This document shows positions 13,529-27,400 of a DNA stretch of 64,000 nucleotides, piece by piece (the first letter of the stretch is position 1; every line of letters begins with the position of its first letter). The notes under the pieces were generated by a model. That model saw only the letters and a program-made list of their open reading frames with translations, ran no database searches and was not told where the DNA came from. The position numbers were made by a program, and so were the translations under genes. Source of the stretch: Catajapyx aquilonaris (taxonomy: Eukaryota); assembly GCA_000934665.2 (NCBI GenBank), contig KZ538022.1:1-64000 (forward strand), given 5' to 3'.

Positions 13529-15238
13529 CCAAAATGGGGCATTTAAGTGAGATGGCTAGTACTTCTTGAGGCATATCATCATGGTGAAGGTGCACTCCCA
13601 TCTGTCTCTGCGTTATTCCTTGGCAGCAGCGGCAAGCGTTTGATTGAAAAAGCGGCGTCTTGTGCTAGGGCGGACATACCCCTTAGTCCAATCTACTAAT
13701 GGCTGCCTGCCTGCTGCTGCTGCATCCAGGGCCCCTCAGGGACTCATAACGGAGCCTCCGTCTCCAGACAAATGTGACAAGTGAATAGCAGGAAAGGCCG
13801 CACTCTTTGTTTACACCAGAAATCTCCGCCCCTGGGCCACAGATGGAAGGAGAAGGGAAGGGGGGGGGGGGAAGAATCGAGGGAATATTACTCCCCTCCC
13901 TCCCCCAACCCCCCTCTTTCTTGACTCTTCCCTGAGAAATTGGGGCTCGATGTGATGGGTCACCTTCAGGGGGTCAACCATCATTCATTTCCCTTTTACC
14001 GTAAAAAAGACATACAAGGTGAGTCATCAGTAGTGTGTGCCATGTATGTCAGACACCGTGTACTACAGGACAGTGTTGCCAATTGGTTCATCTAGTTAAT
14101 AACTAATAATTACACTAATTGAAAAGTGCCAAAAATCTAGAAGAGAGATAATTGAGTTTATTTCGCACAGCCTGTTTCCATGGTATAAAGTAAGCCAGGA
14201 TTGCCGCTGACCGACCGGAAAAATCCTAAATTTTACTCTTTGAGACTCAAAAAAGTGCAGTTTTCGGACTTTTCCCTGAATCAGCGGCACGTAAACCATC
14301 AGTGTGCCAAGTTTCAGTACTTTTAGTAGTCCGAAAGTGGGTTAGGTAGCCCGGACATACAGACAGACTTTCTGTTTCATTATGTAAGATGAGAAGATCA
14401 ATCGCACATACAGCCGGAGCCATCCGGTACCTTTCAGTACCACGAAGGAATTTATTTGAGCACATGGAGCATTTTGCAAGCAGAGTCTCAATTTTTAAAT
14501 TCTCTAGCACTTAGAACCTTTGGCACATTTCCATTCTTCTATATTGTGTAAGTAATTCCAGGCAGTGTAATAATATACAAGGCACCACAACCTATATACC
14601 GAGTTGTGCATTGTTGGAAGCGTGGAAAGTGTGCTATTGCTCCGTTATTGTGCCCGAGGCACAATGAGCTTTGAAACGAGCCAGTGGCTGAGATAAAGGT
14701 GTTAATTATAACCCCTCGACAAACCGGCCGATTTTCCACAGGCCATTGTCGGCAAGGCAGTGCCGCGGTGAAGTTCGTTGACGGCTTCTAATAGCAGGAA
14801 TTGAATACTCTGCTTTTATTTCCGGGATGAAAACCCGCCAAAATGGAAGAGGATCTGTGTCTGCCTGCTTGTCATCAGGGGTCCGGACCCGGAGTAATAA
14901 AGAGAGACCCCGGATTTCTCTTCAAGGCAGCAAAGAACCGTCACACGTCAGCCGCATATTGAATGCATCACTTGAAAGCAGGATATTGCGGATCACTTGG
15001 GCCTCTTAAAAGGAGAGAAGCTTCCAAAATCCAGACAGTTTTGCCCGCCAGCCAGATAAATGAAAAAGGAATTTAACTTTATTATGTTTGATGTTCGGCT
15101 GGAATAGATGAATGTATACTTAACCGTCTCGAAACATTGGTTTCGAAAAGAAAAAAATTTGCTGGGATCCGACCCAATGTGTACTTTCGGTTCCAATCAT
15201 ATCCGCAGGGTTTGCCATTGTGTGAATATAGCGGATCG

Positions 15239-15419
15239 CACAGTGTGTGAGGAAAAGTCAATGCACATTTATGTATTTATCTGATAGGCCCCGGATATAT
15301 CGCCCAAGCTTTAGTTGAATCCTCTTTGCTTTCTGCTGGTTGCACACAATCCCTTGCCAAATGGAATTGAATACGCAGCCATTGATATCAAAAGAACTCT
15401 TTTTCCCCAGCACACTGTG
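15239..15419. mobile_element. Short MITE-like element with CACAGTG termini (Transib-like ends)
   Basis: Left end cacagtgtgtgaggaaaag; reverse complement of the right end is cacagtgtgctggggaaaaag. No clear 5-bp TSD. Confidence 0.45.
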
Positions 15420-18400
15420 ACAAGTCAATGAACTGCGAATTTATCTTAGGAAAACATATCGTTCAAATCAAAGGTTATTCCTCTCGAGTTTTTTTTTCTG
15501 CGTATAAGTCATAACCGCACGCACTAATTTGGAAGCTCTGAGGCTTAAAATGGATTATTATCGGACCGATTTCATCTGCTTTTCTCCCCAAAGGCCGAAG
15601 ATTTATATGCACATGTTGAGCCAAATTTCGGTTGTTGAACTTTACTGTAGCTCGGTGTTTGGCATTTTGCGAACTTTTGTCAGAAAAATTACACATGGAG
15701 AAAATATTTTTGTTGGTCACGTTACCGGAAGCAAAAATTTACATTTTAATATGTAGCTTCAAACTGTGCATGGGACATTACGTGCGGTTTGCCTACAGGG
15801 ATGCTGTCATAGTGTCATGTTTTTATACTTGCAAATTCTGTGTGTATTAGAGCAGTTGAATTGCCAGGAGCACTCGATGTCATTAAAATTTCGCATTTAT
15901 CTGTATGGACTGTACGTAGGCAAAAGCACACTGTTCTGCACAAAAAATTGAATAGTAGAGGCTATATATTGGATTTCATTCACATACGTTGCATTACCGC
16001 GAAACTGATGGAGTGTTGATGTGTAATGAATATACAAGTACATATAATTATGTAATTTTTGTACCTGTAAACACCACTGCTTTTTGGCATTTCCTATAAT
16101 AATAATTGTTGAAAAGCACACAAAGAGAAATCATTCTGCCATTGACATTATTAGCCTCAGAACCTCCTATCGAACCATCAGATTTTCCTTCCTTTTCTTC
16201 AGTAATGACTCCCTATTCCTCCCGATTTTTCTTTTCATACTCCGCAACAGTCGGAAAAGCAGCTCACATTTAGTTAGATGAGAGAAAGGAACGGAAAAAA
16301 GAACTGTGTATTTAGGGCTATTTCCACGATCAAAGCCTCTCTTTTTTTGGTTGTGAAAAGACTTGCTTCTCTCTCTCTCTCTCCCTCATGTACATTGCAA
16401 GAGAAAAGACTTTGGCTGCGGGCATCACTTTGCACGCCATCTCTCTTTCTCTCACTTTGTGTTCCTCTCAACTGCTGCTAGGTGTTGCCTTATTCTCCCT
16501 TCCTCAAACCCTGAAGGCTCCAACTTCTCCGGGTTTAATCTCGCCTTTGTGGAGATCCGGGCATTAGCATGCTGGTCCCCCCACCCTCTTTTTTTTTCTC
16601 CAGGAGAAAAATCCAACCCCATCCTTGCACTTGATCCGGTTAAGGGAAGCTTGGTCCAGACTTTGAGAAGGAAACCAGCTCGAAATAATAAAAAAATAAA
16701 AAAAGAGTCGGCCACATTTCTATTGATGTCTTCAATCAGCCCTTTATTGATGCAAAAGATGGAATGAATTTGTTCGAAGTTAATTATCCGCCTGCTGAAA
16801 CACTCCAAATTAGTATAGTAACTACGAGTGGAATTTTCGTCCCACTGATATAGTTACTGCTAACTTAGCAGTAACTAGCAGTGCGACGAAAATTCGACCG
16901 CCCAATTAATTCAGAACAAAAATTGTCACATTCATCACATGAATGCAACGCGAAAAAATGCATTGTGAATACATGCGCAATATATTTCAAACCACCACTA
17001 GGATAAGTGTGCCACAGCTCTAATGACCAGCGCAATTTTTTAACAATCGCATTAATTATTACGTTATGACCGAACAAGTTAGTATCTTAACCCGCGTTTT
17101 AAAAACAGCTTTTCTTCATTTTTTCCCCAACGAAAGTGCTGCCCAAATCCGTTTTTTTCAGCCTTTTTAAAGGGCAAAATTAAGACAAGGACATACTGCA
17201 AGTCTCAAGCCCAACGTAAAAGCCGCACAAAAGTTTGCTGAGCCGACTCGACCATCTCATTTCAGTCCATTAGGCCTCCCTCCTATTAGCCCAATCCTCA
17301 CTCGCCCATTTCTCATTGTTACTCGCATAAAGAAAACCGCTTTCCTTCTTATGAAAAGCGGAGAAGAGGGCGGAATGAATTCCTACTAATAATGAAACTG
17401 ACTCCTCTGGAGGATGCCAAAGGTGGGTAATTAATTCCTAAGCAGATTCATCCCATTTCTTTATGCAAAATAAAAAAAGAGACTGATTGCAGACATCAAC
17501 TGGTTTAGATCTCTTGCAGGGCTGGCAGAATCTTCAAAGTGGGAAATTAATTTATAACGAATATTCTTCAAATTTTCTGCATTAAACAGGCTGTTTCTTT
17601 GTGCGATTGGTTATAGCAGAATATTGGCACGAGTCATGAATCATTTTAAACTTGTAATTAATTTGCAAAAAAATGACATTTGCAGGTCAATAAGGCCCAG
17701 CTAATTGGCGTAAATTATGCAGGGGGCACCGAGTATTAAGTTATTGTATTATTTTCATTGCGGTTACCCCAGCCTACAGGCTTAATTATGCAGTAGATTA
17801 TAATCACACGGTCTCACCCATTATACACCATTATGACTAATTTGCAATCGATAGTATTATGTTTCACCATCAGTGACTAACTTGCTTTGTGATGATGAAA
17901 TTTTTTTCTCCTAAAAATGTGTTGAAGTAATTAACTTACCATTGAAATCATCTAGATATTAATATCCATGATTGAAACCTGTCTACATTTTGAGATGATT
18001 TCCGTATTAATAGGTCTACTAAAAGCATTGAGAATCGATACATCTTGGCATGCACTAGTTTTAATTCTTTCATAACTTATGTGGCGAAAAGAATTTTTTG
18101 GGAGATTCTTGGAAAACTTGATTGTTTCTTTCCAACTAAGCCCTTGTGCCCTTGATAGATTGAGAGAGAGAGAGAGCCCAGATTCCTTCCTTCTTTTTTA
18201 TCCTGACCCACTCTTGTGTTTTGCGAAACTTTCAAATGGTTTTTGAAGTTTGCAGGGTGAAATAGCCCTCGGCTTTCTGAAATCTTTCCAAAGGAACCCT
18301 TTTCTAGAAAAGAAAGTGGATGGACCCGGAAGGCTCTACAACAAACCTGAAACCATTTCAAACCTCAGGGAAGCTGGCTGGTATCATTACATGTATTACG

Positions 18401-21149
18401 TAGGCTACGTAGCAGACACATTATTTCCATGTACTAATTATGGCGTTAAATATTAATTAAATAGTGCACTTCAGACATTGTTAATAACCAATGTTGGAAG
18501 TTAGTTTCATGTAACTGCTTAAAAATTAAATTGTTTAGTGATTTAAAAAAACAGTTTAATGAAAGGCACGCCTTAATGTAAGCGTCTACTCCTGGAAGTT
18601 GCTTTTGCGGAATGTACCTGAGGCTAATTAAACACCAGGTATAGTATATACAGGTGTGCATTAATTTTGCAGTGATTATACTAGGCAACATTTTTACTGT
18701 CTCTTTGACTCGCTGTGCGCTTTGCAAATTCATGAAAACAAGCGAGAGAGTGATTTGGTATGCAACCGCATCAAATGAAAATGGGGGGCCTGAAACTTTC
18801 CAGGTAGGAAAATATCGATTGTGATGCTGGCACGGAGAGAGAGGCGCAATCCATGTTCTCATTGCGAAATAATGGAGGGGACCAATGTATTAAATTATTA
18901 CAGGCGGGACGTAATTCCGGTTGGTAATTGATAGTTATTGTGATGTCCAGCGTGCGTGCCAAGTCGGTGTACATATAGCTCGAACTCCCAAATTGCCTTC
19001 CTTTATTGCCCCCCGATGCTGTGTGTATAGAATGGACCAGAAAGTATGGACATCCGACGGTTCTCTTAAAATTAGGCTTGTTTTCTTCATTACGCAGTAT
19101 GAACAGTGCAAGGTTACATTACTGCTGTAGAGATAATTAGACAGGAACATGCAAAACGCACCTCTAAAAATAACTGAAGAATAACAAATTGCAGGTATTG
19201 TGACAGTCATGATCTGCATTTTTAAACGCTTTCGATCACAATATATTGTGTGCAATTACAGTACAGAAAATCGATGAAAATAGCCAACGAATTAATTATA
19301 TTATTGTAATGCGCATTGACTGTTTCATGCAATCATGGCGAATCTCATGAATATTTAAACCGCTTTAAATCAATATGGAGTTATCTCAGTTGAACATTGT
19401 TGGAAGCGTACCATGATACGTGCACTGACCCTGTGCAATCATTTGTGTGATGAACAGACTTTGGTACTTTTCTTGGAACCAGTTTCTCCTGGTGAAGTGA
19501 AGGCAAAAGCCTGGAGAGAAGGAAGAGAGAGCAACTGTGGCATCCCAATGGCCCAAGAATTTCATCAGCCCTAATTTGAACTCCCTCCCCGGTAGGCCCT
19601 TTTGCTCCTAACGATCTCTTCAATATTCCGACCTTCTTTTTGAGGCGGGGTGTAGAGAGACGAGGAAGGTGGAGAGGGGGTGGGGGTGGTGCTCTGTTAA
19701 AAAGTTCTTCCAAGTGATTAGAAAATGTGCGGCAAGTTCATGAAGAGAATGGGGAATCATAGCTTATGCTGCAGTTTCCGCCGGGGTTATTTCATCTCCT
19801 GGCTCTCAGATTGGATCGGAGAAGACGGATGTCTAATCATATTTTCTGAGATCTCTCGAAGGGATCTGCCTAAGGGCGGCCTTTTTTTTTACAAAGTGTA
19901 CACAAGGAGCCGGCTGATTATCTTGAAGCGGATTAATTAAACCGTGAGTTCAGGTAAAAAGGTTTTTTTTCAATCGCTGAGACTACAATGATGTACTACA
20001 TAGTTGAAGTTTCCCCAGCTTCCAGATCTTTATTCTTTATGTCCCCCTCCTGCCCTTTTCCTTCCAAAACGGAGCGATAAGTACTCTTCAGGGAGAAATG
20101 GAGCATCCAAGAAGCGACCTCTGGCTTTTGTTTCCTCCTTCCCCTCCCTGGAGAGGGATCATCAACATTATTTTTACTGTCCGATCTGGCCAAGAAGTGG
20201 ACTCGACTTGGGGATGTCCCATCATCACTCTTGTCACGACCAGTCAACTTTCGATCCACCCTGTACTATATACCAGCAGACAAAATCTGAAATGCTTGGA
20301 CTCGTCGCATGCTGCCTCTAATTCCTATCCCGGTATTTGCCTGAACCCCCTGACACCTTCCTGGTGCTCCCAACACGTCTCAGAGTTGGCACCTCGGGGA
20401 TCTAGTCGACCAACTTTGGCGGTAGAAACACGAGATTCCTTTCAGGAGGACGTGTCCAACCCGGGTCCTCTCACTGGGATAGAGGACTGGGAGGGAGGGA
20501 GGGAGTTATGTACTTCCGGAGTTTGAGCCAGTGAGCAAAAACGACCGGATTTTCATGCGCGGATTGCTTGTCCGGAGACGGGGCCAACTGGTAAAGAGGG
20601 ACAAATTGAAGCCAGCTAGTGAGGACAGCAATCGACGGTTTTTGTTCGGGTGGCTCTGAAGCGAGAAAGTAGACCAGGCAGAGAGTATGTTGTCGCTTGC
20701 ACATTGTCGCAAACAGAGTTGGTGAAAATGAAATGAGCGCGCGACTGCTCTCACGTGTAGTGTACTACATCCGCACATGGATGGCGCATCCTTTCTCTCT
20801 GCACACTCCGGCCACTCTCAGGGTCGTGCGAGGGGCAATTGTACTACACGCACATATATAGCTCACTGCGGACAAACTGAGGCACAGACTCAACCCAATT
20901 CAATACAATACGGCCGTATATACGGACAACGTCCGATAAAATGATCCATGCTATCAATGCTCTATTAGCTACTTTGTAGTTTTACTTTCTGCGTTATATG
21001 TTATTTTAATTACCGTACTTGACGGCCTATGAGACGCACCCCCATTTCAGCAGATCATATTCAGGGAAAAAAAGCTTTAGGCCTATTGTATTTACGCATA
21101 TAAGACGCAGGGGGATTTTTTGAGCCATTTTGGGGGAAAATATACAGTA

Positions 21150-21490
21150 TTAATTTTTCAGTTATTATCACTTACTTTATCAGTTACTATTTGTAAGTTA
21201 TAGGTCAGGTACCATAGGTCACTTATTTGTCAGTTATTATTTGTCATAAATTTGTCTTTTCTTCATAAATTATCATTTGCCAGTGATTTATTAGTTATTG
21301 TGTATTAATATTTTAGATATTGAATGTGTTAGTATTTTAGTTATTGTAGGCCTATGTGTTAATATTTTAGTTATTGTAGGCCTATGTGTCAATATTTTAG
21401 TTTTATCGGTTATCATAACCGATAAAACTAAAATATTGACACATAGGCCTACACTTATTTGTCAGTTATTTTATTAGTTATTGTTAATAA
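21150..21490. repeat. AT-rich degenerate tandem array (atattttagttattgtaggcctatgtgt-like units) containing a perfect palindrome
   Basis: A 30-bp unit is repeated at 21333-21400, and there is a 39-bp perfect inverted repeat at 21375-21453. Confidence 0.8.
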
Positions 21491-23519
21491 CGATGCTTTA
21501 TCTATGCTGGGAGAGAAACTTTTGAGTTGAATAAATTAATATACCTAAGGAACCTTGACCTGGTCCAAAACATGGCGGCGCCCGCGTTGCCGCAGTTACT
21601 TTTTGGGGTCTAGAAAATGAATGCTGGTCCCGTCTGTCCCAACGGAGGGTCCAGGAGAGAAAAAGGGGTGTCCCAAATGGATGGGGGTCCTGGAGAACTA
21701 AGTGGAGGAAGCCCAGGCGACGATCTGCAACTCGCATAAATTCCCTCTGCCTCCCAGCACCCTCCCCAAAAGAGGAAGGTTTTGGCCCTCCCCTCCTCCT
21801 GTTAGAAGGGACCTTGCTTTTCTTTGGTGGTGGGGGGGTTCTGGGTGCATAAATGGAAAGGCCCCCAGGTTTTGCAGGAGCCAGCAAATGAAGACGAATG
21901 AGGGCCAATGGGGGCCTAGGGGGGTATTCAATCTCTCCCTTTACCCCTACCCGGAGACTCCAGGTGGAATGGTGGGGGTACGTTTCACGATTTGTTTCTC
22001 GTTAGTGCTCTGGGACTTACCCACACTGACAAGCCCCCCCTCTAATCCACTTCTTCTCTCAAAAAATTAGTTTTTGGCGTATCTGCGAAAATGCGAATCT
22101 CCGTGGGTTTAAGGTGACGGTTAATCACGAAATGAGGCTGTCGCCGCAGCCAACCCAAATTCGGGTGTAAATCAATGGAAGAGAGGCAGAGAGAGTTTGA
22201 GATAAATCGGATCCTCCCCGACAATGGATCCCAGGCTCGTGTTTGGCGCCCGTGAAACAAAGTTGGTTGCCACTGCTGACAAATCGCGAGTCATTCCAGC
22301 CACGGCCCCCTTTTGTTTATTTGGGAGGAAGAGACGCTTCGAGAAGTGACGGGCAATGCAAGCCACTAAAAGCACTTGATGAGTTGGAGGAACATGCAAC
22401 AGAGCGTGTACATACTGAGAGGAAGTTGACGCAACAGTTTTATTCTTACACTTGCAGTGAACCAAAATTTGGCAACACCGCCCGGCCCACCCACACTTGA
22501 ACGTAGTACGATGTGCCTCAACCAAATGGCGCCGGTTGACTATGCTTTTCCCTCGTTGATGGATCGGGGCCGCCTGGTAGCCCGCAGTCAAACAACAAAT
22601 CACCAGGCTTGTTTTGTCTCGCCGAATTTTTCAATCTGGGCCCTGACTGGATGTTTTTGCAAGACATGTAATGAGCAGGCTGCCGCATATTATTAAACTT
22701 CCCCCCTCGAAGCAATATCAAAATTAAGGGTGGGGAGAAACAATATCAACCACAAAACGGCTGACTTGTCGGGCTGACAAAAAAGGAGCTTAGATTATGA
22801 TGATAAATGGAGGCAAATCCGACACCTTTCCCTTGTCGCCTTTTAGGTTTTTGAAGGGTGCGTATATATGTTTTAATATTCTGCCCTCCTCGTATACCTT
22901 CCCACCCACTGCGGCGCTTAATATCGGTAACCAATCCGGGGAGGGGGCATTCTTTTAATCTGATTCCAGTCATCTTACCCCCACACTTCCCCACAACATT
23001 GGCAGGGGCAATATTTTCTCCGTCAACCGGAAGACTGAGCCGGAGGGATTTAGTCTAATCCCATCCCTCCCCTCTTTCCAACAGTTGGTAATTACGACCA
23101 TAATATCGCATATGCAAGCCCAGAGGATGACTAACCCTGGAGGCTTGGGCTTAGTGTACGGATCTCACCTATAAGAGAGCCGGCAAGGGACATGATTATA
23201 CACTGGAAAGTTCGGAACACTACTGGACACACAAAAATTCCCAGGACTAAATGTAGCTAATGGATGCCCCTGGACTGTGCTGCAGGGAATTTTTTGGAGC
23301 AAGGTCCTGGAGTAAGTGGGGTATCTCACTTGCTGCGGAGGGGAAAAAAAAGCGTATTTGATGATTCTTAATTTGCGTTTGTCGGTGTTTGCTGAGGGCC
23401 CACAAGGAAGCCGGATCAAAGACAAGCAATTTCTTAAGCACATACACTGGCCCAGGGCTTGGATTCCTGAAAGAGAATCGCTAAGTGCAATTGCGGACTC
23501 TCTCAGGTGCGTTAAAACA

Positions 23520-24425
23520 TAGGCCACTGCTATTTGCAATAGCAGCTAAAACTCCAGTTTAAAAATCGCAGCTTTTTTCGGCCCCAGCACTCATGAAAAG
23601 TCAGCTCCATCCTGTAGGCAGGGAATAACTGGTACTTTTCAGTTGCAGCTAAACTACCCCACCACTCTTCACCATGTAGATAGGGGCTCACCTCTACTTG
23701 TAATAGCAGCTAAACTGCTAGTTTAAAATAGCAGCGGTTTTCGGCCCCAGCACTCATGAATTGTCAGCTTCAGCCAGCTTCAGCCAGCGTCAGCCAGCGT
23801 CAGCCAGGGGCTCACTGTTACTTTTCAATACTCATCCAAACTTCTACTTTAAAATTACGCTGTTTTTTTCCAGATCCCAGCACCCAAGAATAGTTTCCTC
23901 CTGTACTCTTCAATAGCAGTTAAACTGCTACTTCTACATTCATCGCTTTTTTTCGCCCCAGCATTTAATAGCTCCACCATGTAAACAGGGGATCACTGTT
24001 ACTTTATAAAAGTAGTAGATAGCCTGCTACTTTACAATCACAGCTTTTATTTCGGCCCCAGCACTTCACTTTGTAGATAGCTGCCGTCAGATATGAGAAG
24101 ACCGTAACTCAATGTCCACTTCCCCTTGCGGCGAGAAAAAAAGCAGTGGTACCTAAAGCACCCAACAGGTGGAGTTGGGATTCCGTTCCTTTNNNNNNCC
24201 CCCCCCCTTCCCCCAACGCCACCTCTTGGATGCTTTCGGTAACACTTGATTTCTTTTCTCGCCGCAAGGGAAGTGGATAATGAGTTACGGTCCTCTCACA
24301 TCTGACGGCAGATATAGGGGCTCACCGCTACTTTTCAATAGCAGCTAAACTGCGACTTTTCAGTAATCACGGCTTTTTTCGGCCCCAGAGCTCATGAATA
24401 GTTGGCCTCACCCTGTAGGCAGGGG
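23520..24425. repeat. Degenerate tandem array (units ~85-165 bp: aatagcagctaaact...ttttcggccccagcactcatgaa...ggggctcac)
   Basis: About 7 recognisable units, plus an internal 10-bp minisatellite cagc(t/g)tcagc at ~23765-23807. Confidence 0.8.
24081..24311. mobile_element. Fold-back MITE with ~100-bp imperfect inverted arms, nested in the tandem array
   Basis: ctgccgtcagatatgagaagaccgtaactc...cttgcggcgagaaaa pairs with ttttctcgccgcaagg...gagttacggtcctctcacatctgacggcag. It interrupts the array motif gtagata|ggggctcac. Confidence 0.85.
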
Positions 24426-27400
24426 AGGGCAACGACTTGGCGTCGGTTGGGCGGTTAGGAACATTACATTATTAGCATTCTTTGCCACAGCCGGCGATAT
24501 ATTACCCCCAGCGCCCGCTCATATTCTGGCCGGAGCTAATTGAAGTTTGTGACGGGCTAAGCTTTTGAAGTCTGGAAAGCGGCGACAACGTTTCCATCAT
24601 CCAACTTAGTAGAGGGGGGAGGGGGGAGGGTTTTAGATGGCGCTGAAATTGGCGGCTGTCTTAGATTAGAACAATTTTTTTCATAAAGAGGAAGTGGCGC
24701 ATATGGCGAAATGAGGGAGGGTTTTAAAAAGAGGGTAACGTTCTGAGGTTGAGTTGACGGCGTCGTATTTGTTTTATAACCATGCAAAACCCCCCCTCTA
24801 GAGAGACTGTTAGGGGAATTAATATTATCGCCATTCTGTGCTCTGTCTCTAATGCATATTCATGGTCATCGCTGGGAAGTGCCAACCCTGATCTTCGGGG
24901 GACAAAACAACCCCACGGGTTTTAATTGGTGGAAATGCAGTGGAGGCCTAATGGACAAAACCCAGGCATTGGCACCTTACACGACCAGTTTAGGTTCGAA
25001 ATCTGCGAAGCGCCAGGGAGCAGCACCAACCCTGTAGATGCAAACAATGATTTAATGCATTCATTAATCATTTTCCCCCCACCAGCAAGGCGCGAGCTTT
25101 GTTTTGGCGGTCTTGCTGATGAATTGCGGAAGGGATTACCCGGACGGTCGTTGCGAAGGAGACTTGCCAAGGATTTTGGCGAAAAAAGAGAATAAGAAGG
25201 GAAAAGTGAAGGGTGCCTGGGCCTGGGAGGAATTTCGGGATTAGACACACCCTCCTTCAAGATTTTGGCGACATTCTGTCACGCGGGAGAAACCCGAGGG
25301 AGAGTTTCAAATTAGCCGACGTTTGAAATGAAGTGATTTATTGCCCGGCTGTGCTTGCAAAACCAGCCAGAATTATTGAGGTGCGACAAGTAAAGTCTGC
25401 CGGCTTATTAATTGGTAAAGTAGCTGCGGGGTCTGCTTTCCCCTCTCATCATCATCGTCTGGCTTGTTGCGGGGAAACTAAATTATCTACCACGTGGACT
25501 ATTGAGCTTCAAAAATTGTAATATACATTAATAAGAGTGAGTCACTATCCTGGCTGCTCAGGGCTACCCGCATTGCTCATCTGCGCGAAGGAGAGTCTGA
25601 CGGTCAGGATAAACTATGCAACATGAGTGGAGCCGAGTATTTTTAAAACATATTTTACACACACGCAGCAGGTTCTGAATAGGTGTCGAGAAGAAGTATG
25701 GGCTTGCCACATGATGCCAGCCCTCCTTGGCTTTCATCGGTGGGAAAGCGGACAGGTGAATCGAATTTGCTGTCTCTTCTCCCCTTCCAGCAGAGGTATT
25801 AGACGGCGCCGGTTTTGACCCCCATGTTCTTATCAGATGAAGTCGGCTCATTTAAAATAAGAAAACCTCTTTTGCCTCCGCAGAGAGCGTCGACAGGTTG
25901 ATTTGGGGCTGGGAACAATGGCTTGTGGCAAGTTTATATTTAGTGCAGGTACACGCCAATGATTTCGGACTGTAAGTGTGTTCCGAGCCTGGGTAATTGA
26001 CACACCGGGGAGTGCAATGTGTAGATAGCCACTGCTTACATACCGAGAAGCCTGGCCCAGGACTGATGAGGAAACGGTTCAGGCGAGAGATGAGACCATA
26101 TAGACCTGTCTTCATCAAAGCTTTCTGGTGTAGGGGGGAAAGACGAGATGACAGCGCCACCCGACACACGCTCATCCAACTCTGGATCTATTTATCAACT
26201 CTAGACAGGGCGGGTAACTCACCCGCACTAAATAACCCAGCAAGCCAAGGCATACGGCGCGTATCTCCTCAGCAAACAAGGATTTCACAGCACAGCGTCT
26301 CTCTCCCAAAGCCCAGTAACTACAGATTAGTAACGGCGCCTCATTAAATTAAACTATCCGCTCATCTGACGTTTACGGCGGTAATTAAACGCGGTTTAAA
26401 AGCAGCGGCGCCTGTTGGAAAAGCTGGTTTTTGGGCCGTGGTCTGCGCAGCATATGAGGTCTTTTCGGGGTTCTAAATTTCTTCTTTGTTAGTCTGCACG
26501 GGACGTTCGTTTTCTACCCCAGTTTTTATGGGTTTGGTTGACAGGAATTGCCTGCTGTTCATCTGCAGGTCGTGAAGAATAACTTTGGGATAAAACCGTG
26601 GACTGATTTACATGAAATTTGATTCGATTATAATTCCTCCAACCAACACCTCCATACATCACAAGCTTTTCCTTTCCCAACCCATATGTTTTTGCACACC
26701 CAACCGCAACTCCTTGCACATAATAAGCCCCTGGTATTCTCGAGGCAGTAAATTTTGGATAAGGTTTTGAACCTGCAAAGTTGCGTTGTAGGCCCGTCAT
26801 AAAAGCGTAATTCCAACGGCGCACAAGTTTGCTTAAAGAGAGGGGTCGGATCGGTGATCTAGCCTTTTAGAAAAGGGGGTTTTGCCAAGTAGATACTGTC
26901 TGGGGTGTGGTCCTTTTATTCGGTGGGGGGAGAATCGTTCTCTTCCTTTTGTTCTCAGGCAAGGTAAGGCACGCTGCTTTGCCTTGATGAGGTGTAGGAG
27001 AAGAAAAGGGAAACCGGCTTCCCCGTATACTGTGGTTTTGAAGGGGGGACTTCTCCACCACACAAAATGAGCCGAGGAGGAATTTGCGTTTAGGAGAATC
27101 CAAAATGGCGACCAGAGTCAAGTGCCTTGTTCTGCATCGGCGGGCTTTTGGGGCTTGGGGTGTTTTCACCTGCTGCGTCGTTGTAATCAGCCCCCCCCCT
27201 ATTCGGTGGTGGGAGAATACTCCATGAGATAATGGCTATGGAAAAGCCACGCGAGTACACGTGGAGAGGAATTTGAAGGGAGGAGAGCAATGATCTGACA
27301 GAAATTTCAATGGGTCGGGCTGAAAGTGAGAAGGAAAATCTGTTAAGGATCAAAAGGTGCTTGCAGCGCAGGCCTGATCTAGATGAAACGATATTAGGTC

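Noticed and set aside
13281..13550. ORF with a poly-isoleucine tract
   Set aside because: It is the translation of the (AAT)n microsatellite.
14090..14392. Possible Helitron/DINE-like fragment (gtgccaagtttca, gacagac, terminal atgtaagat)
   Set aside because: No 3' hairpin and no clear second copy were seen, so support is too weak to call it.
24193..24198. N run (also a single N at 28326)
   Set aside because: These are assembly ambiguities at poly-C tracts, not biology.
23520..24425. Regularly spaced repeats as a possible CRISPR array
   Set aside because: The units are degenerate along their whole length with no unique spacers, the context is eukaryotic, and there are no cas genes.
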